NCBI GenBank assembly: GCA_020536535.1
Contig: JAHLWZ010000809.1
Location: forward strand, 62,001 to 126,000
Length of the DNA stretch: 64,000 nucleotides
Origin: Pelomyxa schiedti
Taxonomy: Eukaryota > Protista > Evosea
Reading direction: 5' to 3'
A program made the position numbers and the translations under genes. The notes under the pieces were generated by a model. That model was not told where the DNA came from and ran no database searches. It saw nothing but the letters and a program-made list of their open reading frames with translations. Of the stretch, positions 61,294 to 64,000 are shown piece after piece (the stretch's first letter is position 1; every line of letters begins with the position of its first letter).

Positions 61294-62654
61294 GTGTCTA
61301 CTTGTTGGTGGTTGCTCGTATTTGCCAGCACATTGTCAGATCCCTCGTATCGTGCAGTGCCGGGTTTGTTGGTTGCGGTTGTGGTTGCCTTGGTGAGAGA
61401 ATCCGAATAAATGCATATGCATTTGTACCGTTACACTCTCTGGTAAAGAACAGTTTTTGTGTCTGCCTCATCTTTTTATGCTATGATGGGCAAGAGTTGG
61501 GAAGGGTCTCCAATTTTTACTCAGTTTCACATCCGCTACTCACACTATGCCAGAGACCTGGATCAAGCCAAAGCCACTCCCATTCCAACCCTTCAACTCA
61601 CAGGTATTACTTTTTAAATACTAAGTAACAACTGAGGAAATTACTCCCGCGTATGGAACAAGACAGGGCTATGTCACAGTAGTTGCTGTTATAAAGGAAA
61701 ACTCCCTGCTGTTTCGAAGGTGCTGGAAACTGTAATACGTTCCTCTAGCCCTAGATTTTAATTGAGAGTTTCTGAACATGTCACATTGGGCTTTACGTGC
61801 GGCATTGCCACAAGTACTTGCAGCATTACTTTCATTCCGTTATCAATTTAGGCAACAACACATTTTCTATGACGGGTGGGGAACAAAGCGTGTAGAAATA
61901 CCCTTTAGAATCGGAAAGGACTATGGGACAACTCCCGCAATTCACCTTGTTGCCGCTATTACGAACGGCAAGCTGAGCTTGACTCTTCAAAAGTCTGTCA
62001 CTGTTATGATTGGAAAAAATAGTACTAATTACGGTTGGCACTATTTTGACACCAACTTCACACTCTAATTCTTCCCAGAGGTCATCGCTTCACCTCCAAT
62101 GGTCATATCAAGGGGTAGGTACCTTTTGTTACACTTGGCCACTTTCCAATTTGTGCTTTTACAAATATTGTTCAGTTTTCTCTGCATTTTGGTATCCTGG
62201 GAGCACTGCTCACTTACGTTTTTTACTCTCTAACTTAGGCACCTGTGAACTAAGACGTGCGGAATTCAAAACCACATCACCGGCTGTTTTCTCACTCTGG
62301 GAGTGGTATCTAATTTGTATTATACTATGCAGACCCGGGCTACTTGCGGAATCTGTGAATAGATCCATTGTCACAAACAATTTACAAACCTCAGCCAAGG
62401 TGATGTTGCATTCGCATATCAACCACTCGGCACTCAATTGGCCTCACAATCCACCCAAAGGATGCACCCACTCCGACTGTGCTGACACGTTGGTGACCTG
62501 AATGCAGAGACTCCTCTTGTGAAACTCCTCATTGGATATTACCACACAAGATACCACATCAGTTTGGTTTCGGCACATCACTCGATCGTTTGCTTAGCTT
62601 AACTGTGAAATTGGGGCACCTACGTTGTTCGTATTTGCCCGCTTGGGTTGATTG

Positions 62655-64000
62655 ATGGCGAGTGGTGGTGGTGGTGTACCATGCGCGGGGGACAGCGACA
62701 ATAGCAGTAGCAGTAGCAGCAGCAGCGGGGGATTGTATCGGGAAGTGGTGCCCGTGATGATCACGTCCATCGGGTCGCTGCTGGGCGTTTTGTTTGTTAT
62801 GGTGTGGTTGTGCGTCACGAGGAGGATGATGTTGTTGCACTGGAGGCTGGTCTTTTTTTCGTCCCTCTGTCAGCTAATTGGTGCTGCCTGCCTTCTTCTT
62901 GTGCTTATGAGAGATAATGAATTGCTGTTCTATTTTTCCCCAACGACGAGTTTGTCCGTTACCTAACAAGGCTTTCTTTTACTGCTATGGCCACTCTTTT
63001 TCAATTGTACAGTTTCTGTTGTTCTTTTGGCAGAATGGCCATTTGTCACATCTAAAGATAATGCTCATGCCTCTGTGTGGTGTAACTTCCAAGGTTACTT
63101 ACCCGTTATGAAATAGTGAATTAATGTTCTTGAATTTACCTCACTGTAAAAAAGTGCAGGGTTCGTACTGTCTATGTTCCAGATTGCTGGGGAGTTATGG
63201 GTTTTAGCCATTGCCTTTAGGCTTCACAGGTTAAACTTGTAGTTCCCTTCCCTCTTAATAATTTTTTCCCCAAGACTTGTAAGTTCCAAGCCGAACCTTC
63301 ATCTGCGCAGTGAACTCATTTTTCATGCTATTGTTTGGCCAGTCAGTGCTTTCCCTGCCTCTATTCCGTTTTTCAACGACGACGACGACTTTTTGTACGC
63401 CCCACTGGCGAGTGGATACTGCTGGCTGGCACCTAGTGATGGCATGGCAAGATTGCTGCTCTTTTACTTGCCTCAGTTTTTTGTAATCACCGTGATGGTG
63501 GCTCTGTATATAAGAGTGGTATGGGTACTGAGGAATCCAATCAAACAGTACGCAGAGGCATTTTCCCAGTCAATGCGTCACAAACCCATTGTGGATGAAG
63601 GAACTCGACACAAGAAAAAGAAGAATCACAAGGCAAACACTACTGAACCAACAACCCCTTCCTCTCCAATACCTGTTGTAACATCCCCAATTTCAGTCCC
63701 GATATCAGGAAGTTTTCAATCTGATGGATTGCCACCGCTATCTTTACCCCCCCTTGAACCATTTGACAGCTTGAACGCTTCAGCACAACACCCACCAGTG
63801 GAATACACTCAGCCGCACCCAGATGTTCCTCACACTCCGCCGGACCATTCCAGTTCCGGCTCCAGTGATGCCGAAACCCCGCAACAGCCTTCCCTCCTCC
63901 CACCGGAAAGTCCTCGCCTGATGTGCCCCACTGCACAAGACCGCGCCCGCTTGAAACGCACACTGAGGGCTGTGAAGCAGCTGGCCCTGTACCCCGTTGC
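62655..64000 (+). CDS. cAMP-receptor-like (cAR/Crl) GPCR, 3' end outside window
   Basis: TM1 SIGSLLGVLFV, FHAIVW, GYCWL, LFYLP, long Pro-rich third loop, KQLALYP at the window edge. Confidence 0.85.

Overview
Gene-dense eukaryotic DNA with many short (mostly about 36-60 nt) GT-AG introns and intergenic gaps of roughly 50-400 bp. The gene content (talin, AlyA-type amoeba lysozyme, 7TM kinase, cAMP-receptor-like GPCR, bacterial-type CoA-transferase) points to Amoebozoa, possibly an anaerobic archamoeba such as Pelomyxa (inference). About 27 protein-coding genes can be reconstructed across introns. The main anomaly is the about 2.5 kb gap between the convergent RhoGEF and pseudokinase genes. Its plus strand from about 38.7 to 40.05 kb folds into three consecutive long imperfect hairpins (about 405, 377 and 493 nt) rich in G-U pairs. 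These carry four paralogous apical modules (three of about 170 nt, one internally deleted) whose differences are almost all compensatory or structure-neutral. No reading frame spans the region, so it looks like a long structured RNA locus that I cannot assign to a known family. Secondary findings are a secreted protein resembling bacterial toxin-tip domains, LGT-type metabolic genes, an RRM-like pseudokinase, a triple-C1 RasGEF and GC-AG introns. Exon boundaries, base pairing and family calls were all worked out by eye and from memory of the families.
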